Assembly (NCBI GenBank): GCA_028534125.1
Contig: CM052817.1
Location: 68,326,001-68,390,000, forward strand
DNA: 64,000 bases
From: Lama glama
Lineage: Eukaryota
Direction of reading: 5' to 3'
The notes beneath the pieces are model-generated. The model was not told the origin of the DNA. It was given only the letters and a program-made list of their open reading frames with translations, and did no database searches. The first letter of the stretch is position 1. Each line of letters opens with the position of its first letter. The position numbers and the translations under genes are program-made. Positions 38,304 to 50,095 of this stretch are shown here, in pieces.

Positions 38304-38513
38304 CAGAGGTGAATTTTTCTGTAAAAGGTAAGACAGTCAATATTTTAGGCTTTGCTGGCCACTTACAGACCCCCCACGTATTCTGCATTGTCCTTGTCGT
38401 TGTTGTTGGTTTACAACCCTTTAAAAATGTAAAATCCATTCTTAACTTTTGGGCCATACAAAAATAGGTCACAGGCTGGATTTGGCCAATGGGCCGTAGT
38501 TGACCAGCCACTG
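38304..38513. mobile_element. MER58-family hAT-Charlie MITE with an 8-bp TSD
   Basis: CAG...CTG ends. TSD ATCTGGAA (38296-38303) and GTCTGGAA (38514-38521). Body tttctgtaaaaggt...caggctggatttggcc. Confidence 0.85.
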
Positions 38514-41075
38514 GTCTGGAACAAAGACAATGCCTCTGCTCATAAGACATGAAGAAACACAAGAGACCCACACAGAATTGTCTCCCACAGTAGTCAGAAC
38601 ATTGCATAGTTTTGAGTCAGCAATCTGAGCAAAACAGTTTGCAGCTTTGTGAACATCACTACTAACTAATTAATTGATCAATAATGTAATAGAAGTGCGA
38701 TCTAAGAAATTATAACAGTTGTGAGAAATACATAATCCCATTAAAAGCTGATAAATTAGTTTGTTAATTACATTGGATTCTTAGTTTGCTTAATTACACT
38801 TCTAGTACAGACTCAATAAAATATATAGTCTCATTTTGTATACCAGCCCCTGCCTTCTGGGAATTTTACCTTCTTTCCCTTCCAGTAGTGGAATTGTGAG
38901 GTACAGTAACCTAAAAATATCCATTTCTACCACCTTGGCACCTATATCTCCTTCACCCCTACTTTGTCACTCTTAAGTGAATGCCCACCTCTAACTCTGT
39001 CTCCTGCCCCTTCTCCTACCCTCACCTCTCCCCTCTCCCCAACTTTCCCGTGCCCACCCATCTAAGTATAGAACCAGATCTAATCTTCATCTACTGAATT
39101 TAAAGTTTTCATATTCTAGGGAAATATGGGGTTTTTTTTTTAACTATAGGGGTTTTTGGAAGTGTTAGGACCTCAGGAACTTTATTTTCATAATGTTCAA
39201 AACACCTCAACTTTCTCTCAAAAGGCCCTGCCAATAAAGTAGAAAATGAACTGGAAAACAAACAAAAACCAAAAACTAGACCCTTGTTTTTAATCCCTCC
39301 TTGAGTGATGTGAACTAAAGCAAACTCTACGAGGATAAAAAACTGGGGCAGTGAGGAGGTAGGGCACCACAGCCTCACTGGCTGGAGGAAATGTAGAAGT
39401 TCTAGATTCTAGAGACAGGGCACCCAGGCTCTTCCAGATAGCCTAAAGCTCCCAGGTCCCCTAGTTATCTTTATCTCCTCGTTCTTCCACGCCCTCAAAG
39501 CTCTTTGGCTACTCACCCTTTGATTGTCTTGGGTGTGAATGCTCCACGGAGAAGTCTTAACCTCTTGGATGCTGTTGCAAGGTGATATCTCAGTACTTCT
39601 TAACCATGGTGGGTGGGCTGGCAGGCAGAACTAAATGGACTTAGTGCCCAGGTACCTTGAGAGTCACATTAGAAGTGTTTTCCTCCACAGTTCAATTTAG
39701 CCAGCAAATCTCTACTGAGTACCTACTACATGCCTTCCCCATTCAGAATTTAACTTCTACTGGGGCAAACACATACACAAATAATTCCACTAAAATATGA
39801 GAAGACTTACCAGGACAAGGGAAACCAGCCTCATCTGAGGTTGTAATTTCCTCGACATTACTTGTAGTGAACTTTAATTTATAAACATGAGGACAAAGGG
39901 CATGCTTTGTCCTGCCTTTTCTTCAAATTACATAGTTCTAAATTATTCTTCTGCCCCTTGGTTTGGGCCAGTTCACAGGAGTTTAATAAAAGTTACTCAT
40001 TTGAACCATTTTATCAGTATCCTACCCATTGCCACTCAATTTTATAGTGAGCATTAAAGAGGTTTTCTTTAATGTATAAAAGTTGAGACAAAAGTAACCC
40101 TTCAAAAAGACCCAACATCACCCAGTCACTCATTTAATAAGGTAATCAGAAAAATCTTATTAAAAAAGTGGAGACCTCACATTGAATGTACCAAAGACCA
40201 AGGAGACCAATGATGAGTCAGTTCAATGCGTTTGCTAAGCTGATAGGTGAGACCATTACACACTTGGAAACTGCAGCTGTTCTGAGTGAACAGTTGTCAT
40301 GGGAGCACTGCAGTCATTTTAGCTCCGGCTCACCACTCTCTTTTGACTTCTTGCAGATGTAAGAGTGCTGTGCATACTCACCACCTCTCTGTCCCTCTGA
40401 AGCCTTGCTCTTTTTCCATTAATGTAACCTTTCCTAAAATTGTTAAGCAGAAGCAATGATCTCCCTCTCATTCTCTCCAGTCCCCTTTACAGTCTGTCTT
40501 AAAGCACAAGTACATGCACCGCCTGTAGCTTTCGGAGTGAGGGGAGGGAGTGAACCAGCCTCCTTTCCTCTGAGGGAACTGAGTGAAGGGGGGGAGTCCG
40601 ACACCCTGCTGGGGACCGGGGAGAATGGCAGAGGCCATGGTGTTGACCTTTGGCAGTACTTCCTTTTCTTTGTAGTAAAAGGAAAAGCCACTTAAAATGT
40701 CTTCTTGGAGCCGTGTTCCTGAGACTCAAATTTGATTAAAAAGAAAATATAAGTGAATTTTAGGTCTTTTAGTTTAACACATTATAACCACAAATTGTAA
40801 GCATATTTTGGCTAAAAGCAGCTGGTTAAAGGGCCCTGAGGACCTTCTGTACCTCTGTTCTTAAGAACTACATCTGAAGAGCAGTCTACTTGAAGGGAAA
40901 AAGATTATTGAGTACCATTTTCTGAAAATGTACTTTTTAAAAAAGTACTATTTGTGCAGTAGTTTATTCAATTAAACAATGGAGAGTTCCAGAAGAAAAA
41001 AAAGTTGCTTTTTTCTTTTTTAAGTTTGAAGCAGAAGATTAAAGTAAACCCATTTTCTGTTGCTTTTTCTTATAG

Positions 41076-41145
41076 GAACACATGATTCTGTGCAGATTTG
41101 CAGACCAGACAGCTGTCCAGCTTCCACCCCAACGAAGGCTCATAG
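41076..41145 (+). CDS. GSTCD: GSTCD coding exon (70 bp): EHMILCRFADQTAVQLPPQRRLI(G)
   Basis: Acceptor tgctttttcttatag|GAA and donor TAG|gtatgt, in frame. Confidence 0.95.
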
Positions 41146-44100
41146 GTATGTGTTCTCACAGAACAAATGTTGAGTTGATTATGTACAAGGTGCCTAGGAA
41201 TGAATAGACCAGCCCTATATGGGAAAACAGGGCACTTTAAAATGGTCCATTTATCATTAAGACACAAAAGTTTATTTTTCCCAGAAAAAAAAAATGTATC
41301 TTGAAAAGAAGTCTGTAATTATAACAGCATTTTACCCCATTTTTGTCAACCTTAATGCTTTTAAATGTATTTTCAATGTTCATACATTGAGTAGAATTAT
41401 TGTTAAATCTCTTATTGTCACAAACTGAAGAATCTATCAAAAGCTGCAGAAGAAAATACAAGATAGAAAAATCAACTCAGCATGCCAAAATTGATACATT
41501 ACAAAATGTGTAAACAAGGATGATAATGTTTTCTTTCTCAGAAAAAAAAAGTTTACCTGTATATTTTTAATCATAGACCAATATATTTGACATTTGTAAT
41601 ATTTAACATTACCTAACTTGGAAGAAAAATAGCATTTCCAGTTTAAGTAATGAACTTATCCAAGACTCTGCTTTAGAAAAAGAAATCACATTTAGAAGGA
41701 TAATAGCAGCTAACAGTTACTGCACATTTAAATTCTGAGCTAAATGTCCTGCACCCATTATCTCAGAAAAGTCTTATAAAAATACTTGTGGAATATGTGC
41801 TATTGGGACAAAAGCCTAGCCAGGATCCCTCAGCCGGTAGATGATGGAATCACACCCAAATTATTTGATTCCAGACATAAAGCTCTTACCCATTTTTGCA
41901 GTTCTTCCCCCCACGCCCCGCCACTGCCCAGTGATAGAGGTGCATCACTGGAAGGTTAGTTTCCAAGATTAGGACTTTACATGACTGAATATAATCAAAA
42001 CTAATCTTAAAAATTATTCAGAAAAGCCCCACACTGTAGACCATCATGATGAAGTGGAATGCAGATTGCTGGTTCTTTGGCTGAGCACGTCTAGGGGTTA
42101 GCTTGTATTCAGGGACCCTGTTGTATAAAAACTAGGTACCTTTAAACTCTGGAATCAGAGTCAGCATAGAAGGATAATCACAATTGGAGAGGCATTTGAG
42201 AACCAATTCTGAAGGAGCAAGTGAGTTCCTTCTTTTTTCACACTTTGGGGCATAAACGTATGGAAAAAACTTACTTTCCCACACGCAACCTCTCTCTTTT
42301 ACTCCCTTCCCCTCCTCCTCCTCTTTTTCTAGTTTCCAACATTTTGAGTTAGTCGTATGTACACTTGAGTGTACAGTCCAGTATGTATATTGAGGTACAA
42401 CTTACATATATATGTCAAGTTACATTTGAGATAGCTCCACTGGACTCAGTGAAGGCATAATTGATGTGCTGGACGGGGGTGTACCTGTTGATGTTTTAGG
42501 CGTCAAACCAGAAGGAATGATTGGAAGGGAAACTGCTAGAGCTGAGAAGGAGGAGCATTTTCTCGTGATCACTGACATGAAGGGAAGGAAAGTCAGGTTC
42601 AGAATCATGGACTCCATCAAATGTCTACATCTTTGCACAGGCCATACTTTTGTTCTGTGAACATTTTAGGAAGCTTCTCAGGCCTCAAAAGGTAGACTCC
42701 CAACAACTGAGTTTCAGTTGTGAAGACACTTCTTCAACATGTAAAAACATGAGACTCTTTTACATAATGCAAAGGAAATATGAGCTGGACTGGGATCAAA
42801 GCCAAGGGTAAATGAACTGCAGTGTAAACCCAGGGTGGGTACCAAAGGAATGTAGAGCATCCCATTCTGACAGAAAGTGTTTCATTTTAAATTGAAAAGT
42901 AGATGGGGTGGGGTGGGGGGACATTTACAGATGTCTTAAAGGAAGAACAGTATTTAAAGGGGAAAAAAAACCTGTCATCTATGCAGCTGTTGATGAAGAG
43001 AGGTGACTTCGCCTCAGTGGAATTCTAGACATCTCTTTTTATATCATTTCTATCACAGTTCATACTTCTTGGCATGGGGCCTTTTAAGGGAAATGTGCGA
43101 AATATTTTAAATCTAAATCTCTTGTTGTCAATTTCTTACCTATTGATTTTACCTTCCACTGTTTTTATCTGGGAGGATTCTACCTTCCACAGAAGAATTT
43201 TTCTAAATCAGTTATCTATCTTCATTTTTGAAGCTGTTTTAGTTGAGCAGTTTCGGCTGTCATTCAAGTAAATAATGTTTAAAAATAATGTTTAGGCATT
43301 ATTATAATTATTGAGAAAAAATGGAATGAAGTTCTGCATGTCAGTAACCTTTTCCCAAGAGGATGAAAAAGTTTATGTATTGAATTTAAAGAAATTGAAA
43401 TTATAAAAGTAAACCTTAGCTTTGAATATATTCAACCCCAAATCAGCTTTTTTTTTCCCTAGCTGCTTTGAAATAGAAGTTTGCACTTACCAAAAGACAG
43501 AAATTAACTGCTTTGCTTGCCAGTCACGTTCCCTCCTTTGTTTCCCAAGATTAGAAAGAAAATTGAAAACCACTGTTTCATAGGGGGGTAGGAGCTCTAT
43601 TCAATTAAGATTATACTACTCTCAACATTACACATCCACCTGAAATAATCTGCACACAACTGAGAATTTTCTCAAGTATTTCCTATTTCTCATTTCTTCA
43701 TTGTCCTAAAATCTCCACATGCAAAATGTAACATGACTTTCAGGTGTCCTTTTGTTTGGTTATTTTAGATATTTTTAACGGCAGATGTTATATATTTTTT
43801 ACAACCTTACAAATTATGTATTTTCCTGGAGTATGAAGAGAAAAGTTCTTAAAAATGGATTTTTAACCAAAGTGGGAAATAGAATCTGTAGTTTTTATTT
43901 CAGAATTTATTTATAAATACATTTTAAAAGATTAATATTCTTTAAATTACTAGTAGAAACAAATCTGTGAAATGTTACATATTTGTAATTGTCTTCTCTC
44001 CATAGTGATCAAGAATTAAGTTCAAAGAGACTAAACAGAACTTGGGGGCAAACATCATTCTCCATAGTATTTTGTATTTTCCAAATTTTGTCATCGTATA

Positions 44101-44173
44101 GAATCCCTTAAACGAATTGAAATTGCACCATTTGCTGAAGGGCGTCTCATGATACCATTCTACTGTATTTCAG

Positions 44174-44310
44174 GAAAACAGTGCATGTGCCTGGTGGATC
44201 TGGATCGAGCAAGAGCTGCAGAAGAACGTGGCTACTCCGTTCAAGTGATATCCATGCAGCCAGAGAGCTGCTCTCCCAAAAATAACATGATCGTGGGAGT
44301 CCCCATTTAG
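44174..44310 (+). CDS. GSTCD: GSTCD last coding exon: (G)KQCMCLVDLDRARAAEERGYSVQVISMQPESCSPKNNMIVGVPI*
   Basis: Acceptor tactgtatttcag|GA and stop TAG at 44308-44310. The C-terminus SPKNNMIVGVPI matches recalled GSTCD. Confidence 0.96.
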
Positions 44311-45485
44311 AGTGAGATATTCACGTCTAATGCTGTGCCATCCGTCTCCCTGATGCAAGCCCAGTGGCACTCAGGAGGGTCCTGGCATAATTAGAAGCAG
44401 CGTCAGCCATCTTGAACTTCCTGTGCTGAGGAAGGAGCACAGCAGGAGCGTCTTGGGAGAAGGCTGCCTGCAAAGCGTCGCAGATGTGCTTGTGGCGTGT
44501 GATTAAAGGACTGCTGGTTTTCCTAGTGAGAGTCCCCTGCAGTCTCAGCTGCCAGCAGAGTGAGCCTCACGAGAGGAGGTTCTATCACTGGAATAACAAT
44601 TTCCTTCTCAGTGCATGGCTTTTCTAATCTTGCCAGTGTGGTGTTCAGTTCAAAACATTGGACTTGCAGCCTTATAATCATTTAGAGATTCAAATGGAGA
44701 CCAAAACTAAACTGAGTGGGTTTTGTTAGTCTGCGTTTTATATTTTTTAACAATTGCACTTTTTTAAATAATTTTTTTAGAAAGCCTAGTCAGGTAATTA
44801 CAGTATGGTTATATTTTTAAGCTGAGGTGAGTTGGACTTATATTTCATTTCATAACTCCTTTTAAATATATTTCCCATAAATTGCCAAATGGGATCACTG
44901 CTGGGTCAAACATTTTATATGAAAGTATTATAAAATAATTGCAGTAAATTTCCTATTATAGGAACATTAATTTGGACATAAATTCTAACCAATCAGTAAA
45001 TACATTGATATGTTAATTCAAGTCTATAAGTAATTGCTGAGGATCCATTATTTTCAAGGTCTTGGCCTAGATTCTTCTAAGGATACAAAGATGAGTTGGA
45101 AGAGACTCAGTGCCTTTGCTATAGAAGTAAATCACGTACAAGAGAAAGATTCATGAATCAGTTAAGGTCACAGGATTTGTTTTTCAGATATCAATCCTTT
45201 TTATTTTTGATACAATTTACTGAGTATAATTGGAGAAGGAGTAGGGTGTGGAAGCTTACCTGAGTAGTTCTCTCCCTCCTCAAATAGCCCGTATTCCACC
45301 AGCCAGTTTTTAAAAACAGTTGGTGTGTCCTTTCACACATGCTGCTAATTCTTTTTTTACATGTCCTAGGTTATTTCATTTGAGATAAGATTTATTTCAT
45401 CAATTTTGATTTTTTTTCAACCACTGTATGACACATACCATGAGGAGAAAGGGCTTTAATAAATACCTCTTTCATCACTGTGGAT
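44311..45485 (+). other. GSTCD: Putative GSTCD 3' UTR (3' end uncertain)
   Basis: Sequence after the stop codon, without an obvious repeat, up to the first canonical AATAAA at 45458. A variant ATTAAA lies at 44502. Confidence 0.5.
45458..45463 (+). terminator. Candidate polyadenylation signal AATAAA
   Basis: First canonical hexamer I found downstream of the GSTCD stop. Its use is not demonstrated. Confidence 0.4.
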
Positions 45486-45624
45486 AAAAATATAGGAATA
45501 ATTTATGAAGGGGATGGGGGTTTGAACTCTTGCTTTCTGAGATAAATTGAAGAATTAACATCAGCCTGAGTATCTTGGTCATTTACACCTGCAAACACGC
45601 CATGCTCTTTTATCCTGGGCTTTC

Positions 45625-47235
45625 TTTTTAAATTGAGGTAGAATTTACAGACAATAAATAACAGATTTTAAGTGTTGTGAGTTGAGGACGTTTCGACAAC
45701 CATATATATCCATGCAAACACCATCAGAAGTAAGATACAGGCTATTTCTGTCAGCCCAGAAAGTTCTCTCATGCTTTCTGTTCAATTTGCCCCACCCCAA
45801 GGCAACCACACTCTGACTTCTGTCCCCCTACATGTGTTTTGCTATTTTTGTCCTTCATATAAATAAAGTCATTTAGGATATAGTCCTTTGTGTCTAGCTT
45901 CTTTTGCTCAACGTGTTTTTTTTCCCTTGAAAAATAACAACTTTGTTATGTTTATCAATGGTTTCTTCTTATTCCTAAGTAGTATTTCATCATATAAATA
46001 TATCAAAATGTGTTTATCCATTCTCCTGTTGGTATTTATTTGGATTGTTTTCACTCTGAAAATAATATGAATAAGCTCTATAAATACTCTTGTGCAAGTC
46101 TTTTTGTAGACTTATGTTTTCACTGCTCTAGGATAAATATCTAGTAGTAGAACTGCTGGGTCTTTGAAGAAATGAATATCAATTGCCAAATAATTCTCCA
46201 AAGTGGTTGTGCCGTTTTCTATTCCACCATCATCGTATAAAGGTTCTCGTTCTCCACATCCTCAATAGTTGATGTTGTCAAGTTTGTATATTTTTACCAT
46301 TCTGGTGGATGTGAAATGGTATCTCATTCTGGTTTTAATTTTCATTTCTCTGATGACTAGCGATGTTAAGCATCATTTATAAAGTGTCTATTCGAGTCTT
46401 TTGCTTATTTTTAAAATTTAGGTCATTTAGGGTTTTATAGTGTTGATTATACATTCTGGATATGAGTCATTTGTCAGTATATGTATTAAGAATATTTTTC
46501 CCAGGCTGCAGCTTGCTTACTCATTTTTAGAATGAACATCTTAATTTTCAAGAAGCCTAATTTATCTTTTTCTTTTATGGTTAATATTTTCTGTGTCCTC
46601 TGTAATAAATCTTTACCCACCCTAAGGTTATGAAAATTCTTCTTATGTTTTCTTACAGAAACTTCATGGGTCTAGCTTTTTACATTTAGGTCTATGATTC
46701 ATCTCAAATCAATATTCACTTATAGAGGTAGGTTTTAAAGAATATACAGTTGTTCCAGCATCATTTGTTTAAAAACCTTTCCTCCCATTGAAATGACTTG
46801 GCACCTCGATTGAAAATCAGTTGATGTGTATGCATGAGTCTCTTTCTGAATTCTCTAGTCTGTTCCACTAATCTCTTTGATTATTTGATCAGTGAAGCTT
46901 TATAGTAAGTCGTGAAATTAGGTAGTTTGTCTTCCAATTTCATTTTTGATTTTCCAGACTGTTTTGGCTGTTCTAAATCCATTCTATGTCCATATAAATT
47001 TTTTAATTGGCTTATCAATTTCTTTAAAAACAAAAAACCTGCTAGGATTTTTGGTATTGCCTAGAATCTTTAGATAAATATACAGAAAATAACATTAACA
47101 ATATTGAGTCTTACAATCCATGAATGTAATGTACCTTTCCATGCATTTAAATCTTTTTCAGTTACTCTCAGCAATATTTTGTAATTTCCATATGGATGTT
47201 TTGTTTTGTTTATTACTGATAGTTTTGATGTTATT
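45625..47235 (-). mobile_element. L1M 3' end/ORF2 fragment, antisense, just downstream of GSTCD
   Basis: Begins tttttaaattgaggtagaatttaca. Minus ORF 47070-47264 reads NYKILL...DLNAWK...SWIVRLNIV (L1 ORF2). Confidence 0.85.
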
Positions 47236-48569
47236 ACCTTGAGCTTTTTGCATGCTGTTCCCACTACCTCCTCCTACTCCACTAGCTTGATCTCATTCAT
47301 CCTTCTGTTCCTGGATTTGACCTCCTGAGGGAAGCCCTTCCTAATCTCACTGGAGTTAGGTATCTGTTATAGTATGTGCACCATCCAGAGGAGTTTTCTC
47401 CACCCTCCCAAAGTAACTCAGAGCACCCCTCTCCACCCCACTACCCCATCCCACGCATCCCTCTCCCCCTCAAAAAAGCGCATATGATGAGTATGGAGGA
47501 TAAAAAAGGAAACAACCTCCCTGTTCTTCGTTTGTCTCAGGCATGGAAATCTCCAGCTGTGATGGTTGTGGCCAGTCATAGATATGGGTGTTAATGATTG
47601 CTCTTGGATCATGGTTTTTCTGTGTAAATCCTTGTCAAGACTCCTTCTCAGCTTGGGCAAATAAAAGGGATTGGATACAGGGAGCAGGAAGGTTGCTGCA
47701 ATGACAACAATGCCAGCAAGTGACCTGATCTCACCCCTACACTATCCATCAAAAGCAATGCTGATCCTCACTGATCTGTCTCCCCAAAGGTTGTAATATT
47801 AGAAACCAGAGATTATCTTTCATGGACCTTTGAGCCTGGCCCAGAGAAGCAGGGGTAGTATTATTAATGACTAAACAACTGTTTCTTATTTAAGGAGTCA
47901 CATTAGAAATCAAAATATTTTCAGAGTATGCATGCAAAATAAAATGTGCATAACAATAATTAGATATTTTACCTCATTCTCAAGATTTTGGCTACAAATG
48001 TTGCCTGTTCTATGGTTCAAGAAAATTCCCATTAATAGAACTTCCACATACTGACACCTGTTTTTCTATTGACTTTCATATGAAAAGTAATGATCTGTTC
48101 CTGTGGAAGTAATGAAATTATAAGAACGCCTACTTTTTTTTTAAGTATAATTTTTAAAAAACAGATTCTCAGTGCAAAGGAGTTAGGAGTTCTTGAATAG
48201 ATTTTTTAAATTGCCCCAGAAATACAGAAGATGTGGCTGAAAAACAAAAAGGAGGAAACATGTTAAATAACATGTTGTATGCCTTCCTGGACTTTGTTCT
48301 ACACACACATACACAAGTGAATTTATTTAACAAATATTAATATTCTATTTAATATTTGCTAGGGACTATTCTAAGCCCTTTACAAATAATAACTTATTTA
48401 GCCTTTTTAAAGTCTTTCTATCCTCATAATGACCCTAAAAGCTAGCCAACGGTAGTAATCCCATTTTATAGAACTAAGGCCAATGTTTCATAGTAAAAGC
48501 AGATCCAGATTGAATTTAGCCAGTAATTGGCAGAGCTAATACTCAGATTGAGGTTCCTTAGCAATTCTA

Positions 48570-48935
48570 TCAGGACTGGCTGAAATAGCCTATGGTAACA
48601 AAATCCCTGTACCTTTGGAAGTTCTGCACAAGAAAGGTGTATTTTTCACTTATACTACATATCCATCCAAATTAGCTCTGACTCTACATTATGTTCACAC
48701 TTGACCGAGCAGCCCCTACTAGGAACATAGCTGGTCTATGGCCAACACAAAATAGACATGGCAAACTGTGAACTGGATGCTAAAGATTGTGCTCAGATAT
48801 GATACACTTCACTTCTCTCACTTTGTTGACTAAAGGAAATGACATAGCCCCCTCTTGTGTTAGTGGAGTGAGGATTTATAACTTGGTGGAGGGGGGTTGC
48901 AGATAATTGCAAACAATAATGGACCTCCAACAATG
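48570..48935. mobile_element. MLT1 (J/K-like) LTR
   Basis: aaggtgtatttttcacttatactacatatccatc...gatatgatacacttcacttctctcac. Confidence 0.5.
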
Positions 48936-49199
48936 AAGCTGAAGGAGGAAGAAGAAAAGGAAAAGAAGGAGAGAACAGAAAGAAAAGGCCGTTGAGTCTT
49001 CCAGTTTAGAAATAGAGATTCTGACTGCTATTGCTTTGGTGTGGGGCATTTTACTGGCTCCATCAAAGAGAGACAAGGTGTGTTCCACAAGCATTTCTGG
49101 ACATTGCTCTGTGGACTTTTCATACTTTTGGAAAGGAATTCTCCAGGAAAATGTTCAAAGGAGTTGTTTTTATTATTGGCAAAGGTTGGAGAAACTTCT

Positions 49200-50095
49200 A
49201 TTAAATGACGTTTCAAATTTGCAACTTCTGCCTCTTGTATTAAAGTGCTTGACTTGTAATGCAAATATTCCTGCCGAGGGTAGGCGTTTACATCCTCAGA
49301 ATGTGTGATTATATCCCTGTACCCTTAATCAACGCAAGCATTATCAGATTTTTATCTTAATCTTGGTCAATTTGCTGGGCAAAATTTCTATTTTGTTTTG
49401 ATATTCATTCTGGAAATTATTCCTATAATTACATACTTTTCATATGCTTATTGGCCATTTATATTCCATGGATTTCTATCCATCAATTTATTCATTTAAT
49501 CAACACATCTGTTGAGCTCTTGCTTTGAGGCCAAATATTATGTACATAATTCTGGCTCATTTTTCATCTTGTACTATCATCTTTTATATAAAGATTAGTA
49601 AAGGTTTATTTATGGATTAAAGACTTTTTGTTAATTACATTACAATTTAAGTTGGCCTTTATGGAAGAAGGTATTGTGTCCATTTTAATTTCGCTGTTGT
49701 AAAATTTTAAATATACATTTGGTCAAAAATGTCACCCTTTTTGTAATTACTGCTTAGAAAGATTTTTCCCACCCAGAGACAAAAAAAAAAAATCACCTAC
49801 ATCTTTGGTATTATAATTATAATTATAATGGTTTTAATTTTTGCATTTAAATCTTTAACCCAGCAAGAATTTCTTTTGGTGGGTGGTTTAGGGTAGAAAT
49901 CTAATATTTCTTTTCATGTTGTTAGTTATTTTTCACCATACTGTTATAAAAATGTAACTTTTTCCATTGATGCAAGATGCCTTTAAAATATTAATTATAC
50001 CTTGGATTTTCTTCACTTTTAGTCTTTTCTATTGAATTCTTGTACCAAAATCATACTAAATTACTGAAGCTTTCTAATACATTTTGTCAAGGTAA
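49200..50095 (-). mobile_element. Old L1ME-like fragment
   Basis: T-rich antisense L1 motifs catatgcttattggccatt and gcatttaaatctttaacc. Confidence 0.55.

Noticed and set aside
38194..38607. 137-aa minus-strand ORF
   Set aside because: It runs through a non-coding MER58 MITE and has no protein-like features.
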